DNA of 64,000 nucleotides from Francisella tularensis subsp. holarctica (GTDB lineage Bacteria; Pseudomonadota; Gammaproteobacteria; Francisellales; CACEW01): NCBI GenBank assembly GCA_945879065.1, contig CAMCUU010000002.1, positions 3,543 to 67,542 of the forward strand, read 5' to 3'. Shown piece by piece: positions 59,359 to 64,000 of this stretch (position 1 is its first letter; each line of letters starts with the position of its first letter). The notes under the pieces were generated by a model. It saw only the letters and a program-made list of their open reading frames with translations, ran no database searches and was not told where the DNA came from. The position numbers and the translations under genes were made by a program.

Positions 59359-59645
59359 ACACTCTCTCTTGTTATGGGATGGGGGTTCTAAGTTTTTTAT
59401 TTTTTTATTTTATTTTTATTATTTATTACTCAGGACGTCTAAGGAGGATGACGTCCAGAGCAATAAAATCAGGATTAAAACATCACTCACTGAGTCAAAG
59501 TGGATGATGAGAAAATCACACTGCGGTCTAAATTAGACCGGAAGTTGTGGGAAGGAATTAGACAGATTCCCTTATTTTTCTACTAGTTATCAATTCACCC
59601 GTATTTTTTACAATCTTTTTAAAGTCAGCTTGTGGGGGTAGGGGC

Positions 59646-61118
59646 TTATAGCCTGAGCCCAGGTTGGCCCGTACTAAATCCAGTGCCCTGGCTGCCTAAG
59701 CTGTTAGCGCGATCTCTTACAGTGACCGTAGATCGATGCCCAGCTAATAAAGCTGTCGCAGTTCCAGTCACTGGGTATTTTCTAGAGCTTGTCTGGCTCT
59801 TGGCACAGCAAGTCTTGAAATAGGTAACTAGGCAAGACTCTGAAATCTTTTGATACCCCAGATCAGCCCAGACCCGCAAAGTCGGATAAGCCTGAGCGTT
59901 ACAGGCATAAGCGACTGCAGGCAGTAGCATGAGCATAGTTTTCATAAAATTTTGATTGCCATAATTATCCCCTTTGGGATCACTGCTGGCGACTTCTAAT
60001 AAATTAAACGTCGTCATGAAAATATAAGTGCCTAAGGCTCCATCAATCACCAAGTTTTTGAAGAATGAACCGAAAGCTTCCCAGGATTTTATTTTATAAA
60101 TATTCTGGCCTGTTCGAATGATTAAATTAAACACAGCATCGAGGCCTTCTTGGGCTAATCGATAATTCAAAAGTAGTGGGACAAGATTAAGAGCAGCAGC
60201 CCCCCATTGATTAGTTAAAATTTGGGGGCAGACCCAAGTGATAAGCATTATCTTATCCATCCAATCTTTTGAATTATTTTGATAAAAACCTGCAATGGCG
60301 GGTCCAGGTGCAAAAGTGTCGCTGAACATGAGCGAGACACAGGCAGCAATATTAAAGAGACAGTAAATTTTTTCTAAGTTTAGTTTTTCGGACCATGATT
60401 TCTGGCGTAGCGATTTGAAAGAGTATTGATCCTCTGGTTTTTCAGCTTCTATTTGTTCAACGACTTCTTTTGCAATTAAAGCTTTATGTAAAAATTTGTA
60501 TAAATCATAAGTTAAGAAAAAAGTCTGGACCCATTTAACCGGTTGAGAGAGATAAGTTAAATAGTGGATCAGATGGATGGCTATTTTTGATTTTGCGTGG
60601 CTTGCGAGGGTCTGACAAGCGGCATTGAATCCGGCAGAGAGCGTCCCGGAAGCGGGAGAAGAGAATTGTAAAATTAGTAGTAAAAGCAGGGTATTTTTAG
60701 TCCAATAGCTTAAATCTTGATTCTTAAGCCCCTTGTCTTTTTTGATTTGGGCGGCTGTTTTTTTAGCCCTTTCCCAAAGATCAGCGAATTCTGGAATGAT
60801 GTTAATCGCCGTGAGAATAATATTAAGGGAAGCGCTAGCTATGGCGGCAGAAATGGCAATAGCCGGGCCATTGTTTTTACTGGCTGAGACATAGGAACTA
60901 GTTCCATAAGCCACGCCGAAAGTGAATGTGAGTATGAGATAAGTGCTCAGAGTAATCGGGATGGGTTTTTTAGCTGAAATTTGAGCTGGAGCTGGAATTT
61001 GAACAGCTGTACCTGCTGCTTCTGATTTTAATAGTCCTGCTTCTAAATCTGGATTATCTGGATTATCTGGATTATCTGGATTATCTGGATTATCTGTAGT
61101 GCCATAATTTTTATGCAT
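59646..61118 (-). CDS. Large polytopic membrane orphan with disordered termini (490 aa)
   Basis: (DNP)5 N-terminal repeat, about 10 hydrophobic segments and a Ser/Thr/Gly-rich tail. The N-terminal D(L/P)EAG...LL(K/T)SE motif is shared with the 507-aa protein. Confidence 0.62.
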   Translation of the reverse strand: MHKNYGTTDNPDNPDNPDNPDNPDLEAGLLKSEAAGTAVQIPAPAQISAKKPIPITLSTYLILTFTFGVAYGTSSYVSASKNNGPAIAISAAIASASLNIILTAINIIPEFADLWERAKKTAAQIKKDKGLKNQDLSYWTKNTLLLLLILQFSSPASGTLSAGFNAACQTLASHAKSKIAIHLIHYLTYLSQPVKWVQTFFLTYDLYKFLHKALIAKEVVEQIEAEKPEDQYSFKSLRQKSWSEKLNLEKIYCLFNIAACVSLMFSDTFAPGPAIAGFYQNNSKDWMDKIMLITWVCPQILTNQWGAAALNLVPLLLNYRLAQEGLDAVFNLIIRTGQNIYKIKSWEAFGSFFKNLVIDGALGTYIFMTTFNLLEVASSDPKGDNYGNQNFMKTMLMLLPAVAYACNAQAYPTLRVWADLGYQKISESCLVTYFKTCCAKSQTSSRKYPVTGTATALLAGHRSTVTVRDRANSLGSQGTGFSTGQPGLRL

Positions 61119-61210
61119 AAATTTAATAGACCCCGCTTGAAAAAGCGCGGTTTATATAGTGTTTTGTGCTGAAAGTCAGGGGTTATTTAAAAAATGATTG
61201 AGTAGAAGGT

Positions 61211-61273
61211 GCCCCCCCCTCTCTGTCCTCAGGTAAACCTTCGGCCTGTCTCTCCCGCGAGGGGAGAGACGAT
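61211..61273. repeat. Solo copy of the inner two-hairpin module of the TIR
   Basis: CCCCCCCCTCTCTGTCCTCAGGTAAACCTTCGGCCTGTCTCTCCCGCGAGGGGAGAGACGAT versus 54764-54822. About 10% divergent. Lies just downstream of the gyrB stop. Confidence 0.75.
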
Positions 61274-61315
61274 AAGGCAGAAAAAGAGGGCGGATATAGA
61301 TCAGGAAAGCAGAAA

Positions 61316-63871
<2,556 letters not shown>

Positions 63872-63933
63872 TTAAAAAGCGGCGAAGTTTATCAGAACTG
63901 GCGCCAGCGCGCGATGAGAAGCGATTGGAATTA

Positions 63934-64000
63934 TCAGCGATAAACTTCTTTTCTATGAGCAATATGAACGACAAGAATCCAGAGTTCTTCATCGTTAAAA
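63934..64000 (-). CDS. 3' end of a RelE/StbE-like toxin gene (truncated by the window edge)
   Basis: The minus-strand frame from 63999 reads FNDEELWILVVHIAHRKEVYR-stop, a typical RelE/ParE-superfamily C-terminus. Confidence 0.4.
   Translation of the reverse strand, partial: FNDEELWILVVHIAHRKEVYR

Overview
This is an AT-rich bacterial chromosomal segment. All calls come from motif recognition in the supplied ORF translations and from reading the DNA directly; no homology search was run. The housekeeping backbone is clearly gammaproteobacterial: secA, mip, hslO, uvrB, rsmG, rpmB-rpmG, lgt-thyA-folA, rnpB, rsmH-ftsL, rsmB, trmB, dprA-smg-topA, aroQ-accB-accC, tal, mtaD, gyrB, tRNA-Arg(ACG) and tRNA-Ser(UGA). 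The Mip-type PPIase and the many low-complexity orphan proteins suggest a Legionellales-like intracellular lifestyle, but that is inference only. Several accessory layers sit between the backbone genes. (1) A 693-bp element (54190-54882) has 119-bp terminal inverted repeats with one mismatch. It carries only a DUF559/Vsr-fold endonuclease gene broken by an in-frame TAG. It sits exactly in the loop of a terminator-like hairpin, and an uninterrupted copy of that hairpin exists at 5623-5647. This is the strongest candidate for an undescribed mobile system. (2) Four paralogous COG1672-type (GRRRxGK Walker A) ATPase genes are present, three of them with a C-terminal D..ExK nuclease-like motif. Three of the four are preceded by paralog-specific palindrome pairs, and one is wedged between rsmH and ftsL. 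(3) A duplicated module encodes (Gly-Ala)n-tailed small proteins. Its upstream block is near-identical between copies and differs only in a T11 versus T10 tract. It lies next to a PD-(D/E)XK ATPase frameshifted in an A9 run. (4) Visibly GC-richer genes encode Ala/Gly/Ser-rich orphan proteins: tandem paralogs, two large polytopic membrane proteins, and a soluble histidine-kinase-like/receiver hybrid. These are candidate secreted effectors. (5) Codon-phased microsatellites are inserted in many essential genes. No CRISPR array, rRNA, intact transposase or phage module was seen.
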